Virus record (IMG/VR): IMGVR_UViG_3300006417_000331
DNA length: 64,000 nucleotides
Reading direction: 5' to 3' (one strand)
Source of the DNA: an uncultured virus (IMG/VR IMGVR_UViG_3300006417_000331)
Lineage: Duplodnaviria > Heunggongvirae > Uroviricota > Caudoviricetes
In this document: positions 1-9,852 of the stretch, one piece after another
Layout of the letters: every line of letters begins with the position of its first letter
Numbering within the stretch: position 1 is the first letter of the stretch
The notes under the pieces: generated by a model
Seen by the model: the letters and a program-made list of their open reading frames with translations, nothing else
Told to the model about the DNA's origin: nothing
The model's database searches: none
Made by a program: the position numbers and the translations under genes

Positions 1-2
1 GC

Positions 3-1310
3 GAACTGATCCAGTGGAGCGGGCCGTTTTGCGCCAGCGCCGCCTATGTGGTGACGTATGCCCTTGGGGTCAAGGATGAGGAACGCAGTGTCGGTCATCC
101 CCAGCTAAAAGCGGTATTGCCCGCCTATTTCACCTTGACCCATACCCATCCGGCGCTGGCGGCGCTGACCCCGGTGAATCTCAAGGCCACGATCACCTCG
201 GTCGCTACGCCGCCTGCTGACGATCTCAACGGGCCTTACGGCGATTTGTATAAAACCGGACGCTATCGCACTCCCGTCGCCTGGGAATCCGGCAATGAAG
301 CCGATTACTACCGCTTTACCGAATTTGCGGAGGTGACGGTGAATACCGGCGTTTCCGGGGCGACGCCGCAAACGGTTCCCGTCCTTCACGCCTCGGCGCT
401 GGCCTTTTCCTTCGCCACTGATTTTACGGCCCAACTGGGGCCGAACGCGCTGATTGCCGGAACCGAGTTTAACGCCCAAGGCTGGATGGTCACGATTCCT
501 AGAATCTTTCAGTGCTTTGACGGCCAACTGTACCGAAGGCCCGGTTTGCGCTGGATGAAGCGCATCCAGGACGGCAATCAATTCTGGCGTCCGAACGGCT
601 GGCCGAATTCATTAGTTATGGAGACTGGTGACAGCAGTTACAGCGGATACCCCATGGGCTTGATTCTGCACGCCCGCTTTGCGGAAATGGCGTTGTTCGG
701 CCTCAACAATCCCTGCGCCCAACTCAGCGCCGAACCCAATGGCTCCTATGCCCTGTTCTTCGGCCCGTTTGCCGCCGCAACGACAACCGTGCCGACCCAT
801 CCGAATATCGGCGATCCGGTTCCCGCCTTAACCGCCTTCGTGATTGAGCAGAACCTGATGGACGTGATCAAGGTACGCTTGCCAAAAAACAAGGCTTACC
901 TTGAAGGCAAAACGACGCATCGGGAGCAAATGAATCAGGCGTTCGGCTTAACGCTGTCTCCCAATGATTATCTCTACGCCTTCGCCCTTTCCGGCAGCGA
1001 TCTCTTTTTACATCCGCAGAAGACGTTAGCTCCAACACTGATCGCGGACTGGAGAGCGCAAAGTCCCTACGATCATCACTACCAGTTCTATAACGGCCAG
1101 CGCTATGGCGGCTCCATCATTCTGTCGCCACTGGCGATGGGCTGGAAGAAAACGGTGTATGCGAATACGGTCGACGGCTGGATCGCGCAAACCACCTCCT
1201 GTTTCAACACCCGTGATTTACAGGAGTGCCCGACGCCATGGCCGATAGCCTGGCCGACTCCTCGACTGGAAGGACTGTTTACCCACTTGCCCTTGGTTAA
1301 GGAGAGCTAA
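3..1310 (+). CDS. Tail-region protein of unknown function, 5' partial
   Basis: The frame is open from position 3, upstream of the called GTG at 48. It is co-directional and tightly packed with the downstream tail genes. Confidence 0.6.
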   Translation, partial: ELIQWSGPFCASAAYVVTYALGVKDEERSVGHPQLKAVLPAYFTLTHTHPALAALTPVNLKATITSVATPPADDLNGPYGDLYKTGRYRTPVAWESGNEADYYRFTEFAEVTVNTGVSGATPQTVPVLHASALAFSFATDFTAQLGPNALIAGTEFNAQGWMVTIPRIFQCFDGQLYRRPGLRWMKRIQDGNQFWRPNGWPNSLVMETGDSSYSGYPMGLILHARFAEMALFGLNNPCAQLSAEPNGSYALFFGPFAAATTTVPTHPNIGDPVPALTAFVIEQNLMDVIKVRLPKNKAYLEGKTTHREQMNQAFGLTLSPNDYLYAFALSGSDLFLHPQKTLAPTLIADWRAQSPYDHHYQFYNGQRYGGSIILSPLAMGWKKTVYANTVDGWIAQTTSCFNTRDLQECPTPWPIAWPTPRLEGLFTHLPLVKES

Positions 1311-1311
1311 A

Positions 1312-1749
1312 ATGGCAGCTTCATTGATTCCTTATGCCCATCTTTCCCGACTAATGGCCCTTGGAGCTTTTAATTTAGAGACGGACGCCCTGTATGCCGC
1401 TCTCGTTGCCTCCACTTATGCGCCTTCCGTAGCGCATACCACCTGGCAGAGTGGAAGCGGCCCCAAGGATCACGAAATCCCTCCGACCGGAAATTACCCG
1501 GCAGGAGGGATTTTGATTTCCGGCGTCGTAGTGACGGCCACCCGATTCGGAAGTAATACGTGGGTATGGACGAATCTGACCCACAGCTTTAGAACGGTCG
1601 TGCTGTACAAGCTGGGTAGCGGTGGAGGACTCACTAATCCGCTCATCGGCTATTGTGACTTCGGCAGCATTCTGACCGTTACTGCGAAAGACTTTAGGGT
1701 AAATATCCCTGCCGCAGGATTGATCGCATTAACTCAAAACACGGTGTGA
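1312..1749 (+). CDS. Small virion tail/fibre-associated protein
   Basis: 145 aa, beta-rich, with an LYAALV...YPAGG...VVLYK...PLIGYCDFG pattern typical of small phage tail-fibre-associated proteins; coupled to neighbours. Confidence 0.55.
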   Translation: MAASLIPYAHLSRLMALGAFNLETDALYAALVASTYAPSVAHTTWQSGSGPKDHEIPPTGNYPAGGILISGVVVTATRFGSNTWVWTNLTHSFRTVVLYKLGSGGGLTNPLIGYCDFGSILTVTAKDFRVNIPAAGLIALTQNTV

Positions 1750-1752
1750 TGC

Positions 1753-3414
1753 ATGGCTATCTTATGGGATAAAAATAACAAGACTCAATATATCACTGTA
1801 AATGATTCTCAAGCATCCATATCAACATATAATACCTATGGAACGGTCAGGGCGGAATTAGGCTATTCAACCGGAAAATACTACTTTGAAGTCTATTTTA
1901 CCGCACGCACTTCAAGCACCTGCTTTGTCGGCATTTCCAGTGCGGCGCATACTATGACGGACTTCAGTTATCCGGGATCAGACCTTCATAGTCTGGCGCT
2001 TGGAGTCTTTAATGCAGGTTCTGGTTTTGCGTATTACAACGGCGCTTCTGTAGCGCATTCAGCCGCTATCCCAGGAACTGGCAGTGGCCGGGTTCGAGTG
2101 GCCGTCGATCTGGATGCCAAGAAAATTTGGTATTCGACCATAGACGTTTGGGATGGCGATCCTGTTGCCGGAACCGGGTTCGCTCATAGCTTTGCTGGCA
2201 ATAATAGCGTTTTTTATCCAACACTCCGTCTGAACTGGAATGCAGGAGCAAATGCTAATGCTTTCTTGGTCAGAAAAGAAGATTTGGCCTATCCGCCTCC
2301 AGTGGGATATAGCGCACTGGAAGATGGCGTCGTCTCGCAAGACCTGATTACCGGAAAGCTGCTTTATTCAGGACAACCGCTGACCTTTGATAATGCGGAA
2401 GTCAGTGGAACCGATATTCAACTGGATCACACTCTTTCTGCTCCGGCGCTGATTTTAACGGCTACCGCGAACAGGGTCGTCAATGCGCGGGCGATGACGG
2501 CACAATCCGGTCTTGTGAATCAGATGTTGGTCAGTGGTAAATGGTTTTGGGAGTTCTCCAATGCGAATTGGAATGGAGTGAACGCCTATGTGTATCAAAA
2601 TATTCGCTGTGGAATAGCCCGCCGCGATGCTGATCTCACTCAGGAGTTGGGTCGTGGCGATGAATGGATGTTGACCTGTGGAGCCTGGAATGAAAATCGT
2701 CGGGTTTATCACGGCGATGTGTGGTTTGCGCTGGCTTATGACGTTATTGGAGTGACAGATGTTTATGGAATCGCTATTGATTTAAGTAATCCTGTTAATG
2801 GCAAATTATGGTTTAGCACTGATGGGGTTTGGATTGGAGATCCGGCTGCTGGGACAGGGGCGTCGGTGAGTGGGTTGACCGGAGCCTGGTTTCCAGCCGT
2901 CAGTGTGAACAATAACTTCATGGTTTCGCTCCGATTAGCGAACTCATCGGAACCCCCTTCCGGGTTTTCCAGACTGGATCAGCGCTTTGCGGTTACTGGC
3001 GCATGGGGTAATGCCTCGATTCGCGCCGATGTGGCCGCACATTTAACGGTATCGGAAAGCAACTTGATTCTGAATATTGGATCTCATTTATTACGATCTT
3101 CAGTGTGGAATAAGATTGAAAAATATTGGCTTGGATTATTGTCATCAATAGACCCTCCGGTAGAAATTAGCGGAGCGGGGTACGCACGACAGATCGTTCG
3201 AGTAGGAGACGCTTATTGGGATAGCGCCTATTCTAATTTTGAACGCTATACATTCGCGCCATTTAACGGGACTGTTGTTGGATGGGCTTTATATGCATCG
3301 CCTATCGAGGATTACCTGGTGACTTATCGCCTGCTGGATTCTCCAATCCTTTGTTCTATAGGACTCCCTGGAATCGTCTTTCAGGAACATCATTTGAACT
3401 GGAGTTTTAGCTAA
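1753..3414 (+). CDS. Tail protein with two SPRY/B30.2-like domains and a C-terminal fibre-subunit-like domain
   Basis: Two copies of GK(Y/W)(Y/F)(F/W)E...GI...(V/I)A(V/I)DL..GK(I/L)W...(F/W)(Y/F)P...PP.G(Y/F). The C-terminus (LLR...GYARQ...GDAYW...GWALY) resembles the next two ORFs. Confidence 0.7.
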   Translation: MAILWDKNNKTQYITVNDSQASISTYNTYGTVRAELGYSTGKYYFEVYFTARTSSTCFVGISSAAHTMTDFSYPGSDLHSLALGVFNAGSGFAYYNGASVAHSAAIPGTGSGRVRVAVDLDAKKIWYSTIDVWDGDPVAGTGFAHSFAGNNSVFYPTLRLNWNAGANANAFLVRKEDLAYPPPVGYSALEDGVVSQDLITGKLLYSGQPLTFDNAEVSGTDIQLDHTLSAPALILTATANRVVNARAMTAQSGLVNQMLVSGKWFWEFSNANWNGVNAYVYQNIRCGIARRDADLTQELGRGDEWMLTCGAWNENRRVYHGDVWFALAYDVIGVTDVYGIAIDLSNPVNGKLWFSTDGVWIGDPAAGTGASVSGLTGAWFPAVSVNNNFMVSLRLANSSEPPSGFSRLDQRFAVTGAWGNASIRADVAAHLTVSESNLILNIGSHLLRSSVWNKIEKYWLGLLSSIDPPVEISGAGYARQIVRVGDAYWDSAYSNFERYTFAPFNGTVVGWALYASPIEDYLVTYRLLDSPILCSIGLPGIVFQEHHLNWSFS

Positions 3415-3851
3415 TGTCTGCGGCCAGCAATCATCTTGAATCGGCATTAGGCACCTATCTGTTACGAACAGGCTCCCCAGCCAAGCCTACTGAATTATGG
3501 GTGTCGCTATATCTATTTTATAGTCTTCCTGGAGAAGATAATGTGGATGGCTATGAAGTTGCAACCACTTCTTTTGGTCTTCCAACGGGGTATGGCCGGG
3601 TTCAGTATGGGCCTGGCGATGCGTATTGGGTTGAATCTTCAGTGACTCCAGGGCAATTCTACAATGTGGCTCCAATTACTTTTGGAGCGCCACTCTATGG
3701 CTGGGGAACGATAACCGGATTTGCTTTATACGATTCCGCAACCGGCGGCAGTGTGTGGATTAAGGGATTTTTATCACAAGTAGTTACGATCTCCATGGGA
3801 GACCCACCCCTCACCTTTGCGCCGGGCGCACTGGTGATTAACTTTTTATGA
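3414..3851 (+). CDS. Phage tail fibre subunit-like protein (paralog 1)
   Basis: ASNHLE...LLRTG...P...WVSL...GYGR...F.AP...WGTIT.F.LYDS.TGG pattern; close paralog of 3862-4275. Confidence 0.7.
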   Translation: MSAASNHLESALGTYLLRTGSPAKPTELWVSLYLFYSLPGEDNVDGYEVATTSFGLPTGYGRVQYGPGDAYWVESSVTPGQFYNVAPITFGAPLYGWGTITGFALYDSATGGSVWIKGFLSQVVTISMGDPPLTFAPGALVINFL

Positions 3852-3861
3852 GGTAATAGCT

Positions 3862-4275
3862 ATGGCAGGAGCATCAGATTTTCTTGAAGGTGAAGTAGGC
3901 AAACATTTGTTACGAACCGGATCATGGACAAAACCGGCTGCGATCTACGTAGCGTTGTTTACCACGATTCCGAATGACGCGGGGTCAGGAGGCGTTGAGG
4001 TTACTGGATCAGGGTATGCACGGATTCAGCATGGCCCGCTGGATACGAAATGGGCAGCACCCGTCGCGGGCAATGGGGTGTTTGCTAATATCGGCGTCAT
4101 TCAGTTCGGCGCGCCAACGACCAATTGGGGAACCGTAACGGCCTTTGGTCTTTATGATGCCGTAACCGGCGGTAATTTGCTGGCAAAAGGGTCACTAGCA
4201 ACCAATGTCACTATCAATAGTGGCGACCCGGCTCCGGCTTTTGCAGACGGCGCAGTTAGCGTCACGATTGGATAA
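3862..4275 (+). CDS. Phage tail fibre subunit-like protein (paralog 2)
   Basis: ASDFLE...LLRTG...YVALFT...GYAR...WGTVTAFGLYDAVTGGNLL; GAGG RBS upstream. Confidence 0.7.
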   Translation: MAGASDFLEGEVGKHLLRTGSWTKPAAIYVALFTTIPNDAGSGGVEVTGSGYARIQHGPLDTKWAAPVAGNGVFANIGVIQFGAPTTNWGTVTAFGLYDAVTGGNLLAKGSLATNVTINSGDPAPAFADGAVSVTIG

Positions 4276-4286
4276 GGAATATAGCT

Positions 4287-5087
4287 ATGCCCACACTCAA
4301 TCAACATCTGGATGGAATGCAACCGGGACGAGAGATTATTAAAATTGCTTCTCCTTCTATGACCCTTGGCATGATGCATTCATACTTTTATGTCAACGGA
4401 ATGCCGATTGCCGCAACGACCCCGGCTCCTGGATTAGCGGGAGAAGCCTTAACTACTCATCCCGCGCAGATTCCGTTTCCGAATGCGCCCGGCGGTCAGG
4501 CAACTTATGTTGCCAGGCTCATGGCGCAAATGAACATTGCAGGACAGTTATTGCTTTGCGACCGGCTCTGGCAAAACAGTGGAATCACCATTACCAGCAC
4601 CGGTTCACAGACGGTGAACTCGGTAGCGTTTCCGGCGCGTGATGATAATGGGAGCAGCAATGGAGCCGGAGTTTTAATCGGGGTTGAAGTCAGTTCGGTA
4701 ACGGGAACAGGAACGCCAACCCTAACCGTGGGTTACACTAATTCGGCAGGGACCAGCGGGCGCATTGCGACGAATCTTATTGCCACCATGGGAGCCTCAG
4801 TTGCTGGCGCTTTTTATCCTATAGGGTTGCAATCCGGCGATAGTGGAGTCCGTTCCATTCAGACCTACCAACAAAGCGCCACATGGACGAGCGGAACGAT
4901 TCATCTGGTGGCTTATCGAGTTTTGGCGCGATTGGGCCTCCCGGTAGCAAACGCCCCGTACAGTATGGATTTGATTACCGGCGGACAGCCGAAAGCATGG
5001 AATGACACGGTTCCATTCTTAGTCTGCGTTCCAGGAACGGCTGCAACCTCGACTATTAACGGGCACCTAATCTGGAGTATCGCCTGA
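4287..5087 (+). CDS. Virion structural protein
   Basis: 266 aa, Gly/Thr/Ala-rich, with LLLCDRLW, YTNSAGTSGR and LQSGDSGVRSI segments seen in phage structural proteins; tail context. Confidence 0.55.
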   Translation: MPTLNQHLDGMQPGREIIKIASPSMTLGMMHSYFYVNGMPIAATTPAPGLAGEALTTHPAQIPFPNAPGGQATYVARLMAQMNIAGQLLLCDRLWQNSGITITSTGSQTVNSVAFPARDDNGSSNGAGVLIGVEVSSVTGTGTPTLTVGYTNSAGTSGRIATNLIATMGASVAGAFYPIGLQSGDSGVRSIQTYQQSATWTSGTIHLVAYRVLARLGLPVANAPYSMDLITGGQPKAWNDTVPFLVCVPGTAATSTINGHLIWSIA

Positions 5088-5088
5088 C

Positions 5089-7422
5089 GTGAGCGCCTGT
5101 GCGTCTCCCCTTGTTTCCTGGCTGGAGAGCTATCGGCGCACCGCTGATGGATCGATTAGCCTTGGGAATCTCCAGCACTCCAGTTTTGGCGATGGCGGGC
5201 GACAGGCGTGGACGGATTTTATCTTTGGGCCGGTATTGGAGGGAGCGGAGGCGAGAATCACCCTGTCCGCAGCAGCGCTCTCGCTGCGAACAGGCAATCT
5301 TGGATCAGGACAATGTTCTATATCCTTATCTGCAAAAGGAGCCTTATACCGCCTTCAAGGAAAGGCTCTATTCCCTCTGGTCTCATGGATTGAATCTTTT
5401 AGTCGAGGATCAACTGATTTAATCACCGCAGGATGGCTTCAGCATCCTAGCTTTGGAGATGGCGGGCGACAAGCATGGACGGATTGGGTTTTCGGGTCAA
5501 ACCTCGCGGCTGATGCGAGAATCACGATTACAGCGACTGCAACCGAACTGAAAACGGGATTACTGGGGCCAGCAATAGGTTCGATTCCGATTCAACTAAA
5601 AGGATCATTGGTTCGTCGAGGACTTGGTGTATTTCCAATAGTGTCATGGTTGGAGCAATACAAAGACCAGGGAGTGAACGGGTCTATTACCACGGGCGTG
5701 ATCCAGAATCGTGGATTAGGTGACGGCGGTAGAGGATTCTGGACGGATTGGGTTTTTACCTCAGTGTTTGAGGAAGCTGAAGCACGAATGACCAGTGCTG
5801 CGTCAGCCGCTACGCTTCGATTAGGATTAGGAACAGCATCAGCAACCTGTGCTATCAGTATCGAGGGGTCATTAGTCTCCCGTTGCGTTTGGAATGTCAG
5901 TGACACTTATAGCAATCTCAATATTTCAAATCGGAATTTGACCGTAACCACAATAAGTCCAGCGCAGGGGGATGCATCTTGCCGTTCTACGGTCAGTCAT
6001 CGTAAAGGCAAATTCTATTTTGAAGTTTATGTTAATGCTAAAGACAGGTTCTCTATCGGAATCGCAAAACAATCCATGGCGTTGACCGACGCCCTGGGAT
6101 GGAGTGGAGATTCTTCCTATGGGTATAGTTCCCATGGAGCTTATTATTATAACTCGAATACCGTAACAGGCCCCTCTATTCCCGTTTATTCAGTGGTGAA
6201 AGTGGCTCTGGATTTGGACAATGGAAAACTATGGTTTGGCGTAAACGATAATTGGCGATGGGGAGGATCCGATAATCCTGCAACCGGAATTAACCCTGCA
6301 TTTTCTGGTCTCTCTGGTGACTATTTTGCGGCATTAACTACGACTGATGCAACCCTTTCTTCAAAGCTAACAGCCCGGTTCAAGGCCAGTGAATTTACTT
6401 ATCCGCCTCCTGATGGTTTTGTCGAATGGCAGGCGTTTGATTCGCTGTCTGGCGATGCGGCACTGAGTGTCAATCTAACTGGGGCTTTGCTGAAAGAATT
6501 AGCAGGAAATGCCTCAATCACGATGACGCTCGCTGGGGAATTGCAGCAACCACAATGGGCGCTTCCAGCAGGTGAAGCCTTTATCTCCATTAGCGCTGAT
6601 GGGGTGTTATCTCAGCCGATTACGTTATTGCCTGCTGCGAATGCAAACCTATCCCTGCTTCTCGATGCGACGGGATTAGGCGCAGAATCCGCGATTACTA
6701 CAACCCATCATCTTGCGATGGGCCTAAACGGAGCATTATCGCAACCCGGTTATCTACCCACCGCGAGTACGCTTGTTGAATTAACAATCAATGGGAGCCT
6801 GTATCAACCTTCGTGGCGTTCACATCAATCCTGTTATACAGCGATTACCCAACGTCTGCACCTAAGTTGCTATTCGTCGGCTTTGGTGTTCGCAGAGCAT
6901 CATGCACCCTGGGGGTTTAACAGTGCTTCATGGAATTTCTCAATCTATGAAACTTACTCTACTACTGCACTATTAGCTAATCACCGTAGCGTGTACCAAT
7001 CCAATAAAACCGAATGGAGGGTCATCCACCATTCCAGCCAATGGGAGTCGTTTATAGAGCATTCTGCTTATGCCTACCATAGTACATCGTGGGAATATTT
7101 TGTTACTGAGAGAGTATTCCATGCCCACGCAGCGGGCTACTCAACGCAGAGTCAATCAGTAATAAGTAGTCTGCATTCAACAGCATGGTCTTCATGGTTT
7201 TATGCCACACCTGTATTTACTATACACCAATCTCTTTTTGAATCAACTTCGCTAAATTTTAATGTACATCAATCGGCATGGAAATCCATTACCAATCACT
7301 ATCATCAGCATGATTCTCAATGGAGTTCAGGAAATATAACCCATCGAGGACATGCTGCACGTTATTATTCAGTAGCCACTGCTCCCCTATTTTCAAATAA
7401 CATAAGTTATATTAAGGTGTAA
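5089..7422 (+). CDS. Tail fibre/adhesin with three N-terminal repeats, a SPRY-like domain and C-terminal His-x3-aromatic repeats
   Basis: 3x P(L/I)VSW(L/I)E...GDGGR..WTD(F/W)(I/V)F; GKFYFEV...VALDLDNGKLWFG; about 12 H-x3-[WYF] motifs. Confidence 0.65.
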   Translation: MSACASPLVSWLESYRRTADGSISLGNLQHSSFGDGGRQAWTDFIFGPVLEGAEARITLSAAALSLRTGNLGSGQCSISLSAKGALYRLQGKALFPLVSWIESFSRGSTDLITAGWLQHPSFGDGGRQAWTDWVFGSNLAADARITITATATELKTGLLGPAIGSIPIQLKGSLVRRGLGVFPIVSWLEQYKDQGVNGSITTGVIQNRGLGDGGRGFWTDWVFTSVFEEAEARMTSAASAATLRLGLGTASATCAISIEGSLVSRCVWNVSDTYSNLNISNRNLTVTTISPAQGDASCRSTVSHRKGKFYFEVYVNAKDRFSIGIAKQSMALTDALGWSGDSSYGYSSHGAYYYNSNTVTGPSIPVYSVVKVALDLDNGKLWFGVNDNWRWGGSDNPATGINPAFSGLSGDYFAALTTTDATLSSKLTARFKASEFTYPPPDGFVEWQAFDSLSGDAALSVNLTGALLKELAGNASITMTLAGELQQPQWALPAGEAFISISADGVLSQPITLLPAANANLSLLLDATGLGAESAITTTHHLAMGLNGALSQPGYLPTASTLVELTINGSLYQPSWRSHQSCYTAITQRLHLSCYSSALVFAEHHAPWGFNSASWNFSIYETYSTTALLANHRSVYQSNKTEWRVIHHSSQWESFIEHSAYAYHSTSWEYFVTERVFHAHAAGYSTQSQSVISSLHSTAWSSWFYATPVFTIHQSLFESTSLNFNVHQSAWKSITNHYHQHDSQWSSGNITHRGHAARYYSVATAPLFSNNISYIKV

Positions 7423-7431
7423 GTAAATAAA

Positions 7432-8523
7432 ATGAATCTTGACTTTATTTCATTATCGATCAGTAGTGATGAGGAATCTCCATATTTCCAATGTGAAGTC
7501 ACATTAAAAGATTCAACAGACTATTTACGTTTTCAGCGAGACACTCCATTTACTATCCACTTGTTTGGAATTGATTATCAGTTTATTGTTGATTCTCGAA
7601 CCTTAAATCGAACGATTGACGATCAGGGCAACTACGAAGAAACTTGCTCGTTCACCGGGTTATCTCCGTTGGTGCGCTTTTCATCGCCACGGGCAAAAAA
7701 AATCACTCAAGTGTGGAATCTTCCCTGCAATGCTTCGCAGCTTGTACAAGAACTTATTGGATCGGTGATCTGGAATATGGTGGATTGGTGGATACCGGCG
7801 TATCGTCTAGCCGCTGAATCGGCGGCTCCATTGGATATAGCCGCACAGATTGTAACAGCGGCTGGAGGATTGATTGAATCACAGCCTGATGGAAGCGTAG
7901 TCTGTCGGCATCGGTGGCCGACGCCACTGGCAGATTTCGAGGTTGCCTCTGTAGATCATTGTTTATATGAGACTCATATTTTTTCATCTACCGAATCTCC
8001 TACTAATGATCAATTAGTCAATCGAGTGCGGATTCTAGATCAGGATTCAGGCTATCAGGACAGAATGGAGTATGTCCCTGACAAAATGGAAGACGGCGAA
8101 ACCGATCATCCCTTTCATGGAACCCTATATGCTTATCTCAGTCCATGGCGGGAAGGATTACGCATAGTGACCACCCGGCCCTCGGTGATTACGTTAGGAC
8201 AGGTTAGTGAAGGGGTGCGTTTGATTGAGGATGATCCGAAAAGTCAGCCGCAAAAAACAGCAGAAACGATTACCTTTACTAATGGACAAGGGGCGACTCA
8301 ATATCCGGTGATGGCATTGACTGAAGTGGACTGGATTGATGAGGAGTTGGGCGCGGTCATCGTTGCTCCTTATTCTACAGTGCTTGAATCCGGGTATGGA
8401 CGTTATCATGGGCATAGTATTGCTAAAATCAGTTACACGACTCGTTTTCTAAAGATTCCAGTTCGTTGCGAAGAATCTGTTGAAACGATTGAGGCTCAAT
8501 TCCTATTACTAGAGGATCAATAA
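7432..8523 (+). CDS. Putative tail tip/baseplate hub-like protein
   Basis: PLDIAAQIVTAAGGLIESQPDGSVVCR...NRVRI pattern resembles hub proteins; lies at the end of the tail operon. Confidence 0.45.
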   Translation: MNLDFISLSISSDEESPYFQCEVTLKDSTDYLRFQRDTPFTIHLFGIDYQFIVDSRTLNRTIDDQGNYEETCSFTGLSPLVRFSSPRAKKITQVWNLPCNASQLVQELIGSVIWNMVDWWIPAYRLAAESAAPLDIAAQIVTAAGGLIESQPDGSVVCRHRWPTPLADFEVASVDHCLYETHIFSSTESPTNDQLVNRVRILDQDSGYQDRMEYVPDKMEDGETDHPFHGTLYAYLSPWREGLRIVTTRPSVITLGQVSEGVRLIEDDPKSQPQKTAETITFTNGQGATQYPVMALTEVDWIDEELGAVIVAPYSTVLESGYGRYHGHSIAKISYTTRFLKIPVRCEESVETIEAQFLLLEDQ

Positions 8524-9056
8524 TGGCTGAAGTTATTGTAGCAACATTGAACGTCAGTTTTGATGCAGACGCCAAGGGAGATTCTCAAAATTCTGTACTT
8601 AAACTTGAGATCGACGACCGTGAAGATGGATTAAATGGAGGAGATACCAGTTTTTCTCCGGGCGAAAATGCCTATTATTTCATGTTCAAGGATTCAAACG
8701 TGTCACTGGTGGCCCATCAATCCACGGCTGGTGGGATTACCAGCAGTGGAATCGGAGATAAAACGATTGACGAGAATATCTCTTTTTCAAATTCAGATAC
8801 CGCCAGTTTAAGTTATCCTCCAAATGGGACTGTTGCAATGCAGTGGTTAGGACGGTGTTACCAAATTACAGGAACAACGGTTTCTCCGAATAGCGCTCTG
8901 CCTAATCAGGATCGATCTGATCTCAAAATGGCCGGAGGGAAAAAGGTGGCTGGAATCCTAAATTGCAAATACACAGCGACCGGATCACTATTTAGGCTCG
9001 GCAGTGTCCCCGCTGACTTCAAGGAAGTCATGGTGATTGCGATAGGAACGGTGTAA
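8523..9056 (+). CDS. Tail-associated hypothetical protein
   Basis: TAATG translational coupling on both sides. Confidence 0.55.
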   Translation: MAEVIVATLNVSFDADAKGDSQNSVLKLEIDDREDGLNGGDTSFSPGENAYYFMFKDSNVSLVAHQSTAGGITSSGIGDKTIDENISFSNSDTASLSYPPNGTVAMQWLGRCYQITGTTVSPNSALPNQDRSDLKMAGGKKVAGILNCKYTATGSLFRLGSVPADFKEVMVIAIGTV

Positions 9057-9361
9057 TGGATATTGTCTGTCTGCGTGGAGAGGGGGACGCGCCTGGAGAG
9101 GATATTGTTGACCCCTTGCTGAGCGAGGTCAGCGCAGCGCTGAGTCGAGGTCGGGCCGAATTGGATCAGGGCGCTTTAGCCGATCAGCACCTCCTGGAGG
9201 TCGTGATTGGTGATTATCGGCTTGGGCAGTTAATTGAAGTGGATGATACCGCTTTAGGAAGGTGGCGAGGAAAAGTAATCAGCGTTAGTCATAACGTCAC
9301 CATAGATGAGCAAGGGAATATGACCGGCACAACGGCATTGACCCTTAGAAAGCCCCGTTGA
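9056..9361 (+). CDS. Tail-associated hypothetical protein
   Basis: Coupled ORF with a beta-barrel-like C-terminal half (RLGQLIEVDD...GKVISVSH). Confidence 0.55.
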   Translation: MDIVCLRGEGDAPGEDIVDPLLSEVSAALSRGRAELDQGALADQHLLEVVIGDYRLGQLIEVDDTALGRWRGKVISVSHNVTIDEQGNMTGTTALTLRKPR

Positions 9362-9373
9362 AGGAAAATTCCA

Positions 9374-9604
9374 ATGCATCCCCTCAAACAACTCCGTAAG
9401 TTATTATCTGTTCCTGAATCTCGTCAAGGAATGATTGTTACTCAAACTCAGTCCAGTTTTATCATAGCTACTGCGCTCGGCTCCCAGAGCGTACCGCGAT
9501 CCGCACAAGACCTGACGATTTATCGAACGGGGGACTCGGTGATTCTAGCGAATGGGGTTGTTATTGGGCGTCGGCTCAAGCCCTCTAAGGTGTATATTGT
9601 TTGA
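9374..9604 (+). CDS. Small tail-associated protein
   Basis: AAGGA RBS; last gene of the rightward tail operon. Confidence 0.55.
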   Translation: MHPLKQLRKLLSVPESRQGMIVTQTQSSFIIATALGSQSVPRSAQDLTIYRTGDSVILANGVVIGRRLKPSKVYIV

Positions 9605-9614
9605 AACACCCAGG

Positions 9615-9658
9615 ATTTGATATTCGTTTGATATTCATTTGATATTTTATTGATATTC
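9615..9658 (+). repeat. Four tandem 11-bp repeats (consensus NTTTGATATTC), centromere-like site
   Basis: ATTTGATATTC GTTTGATATTC ATTTGATATTT TATTGATATTC, downstream of the parA-RHH pair. Related GATATT/AATATC cores occur at about 10712-10740 and 11497-11524. Confidence 0.7.
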
Positions 9659-9660
9659 TA

Positions 9661-9689
9661 TAGACATAGAATGTCTAGTGTGGTAGGAT
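9661..9689 (+). promoter_or_regulatory. Sigma70-like promoter with an overlapping inverted repeat
   Basis: TAGACA-17 bp-TAGGAT with TG extended -10; the palindrome TAGACAT-AGA-ATGTCTA covers the -35. Confidence 0.5.
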
Positions 9690-9781
9690 ATTTCTTGAAT
9701 AAAGCAGATTTGAATATTTGAATAAATTGCTTTTGTCGGTGAAGGCTTCTAACTCAACAGCCGACTAAGCTCGAAACTCCA

Positions 9782-9818
9782 AATCGGGTCAGCCTCGCAA
9801 GCTGACCCGATTTCTTTT
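9782..9818 (+). terminator. Rho-independent terminator
   Basis: AATCGGGTCAGC-CTCGCAA-GCTGACCCGATT followed by TCTTTT. Confidence 0.75.
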
Positions 9819-9852
9819 GTCTGATAAGATATAAATAAAGATAGAATAAAAA

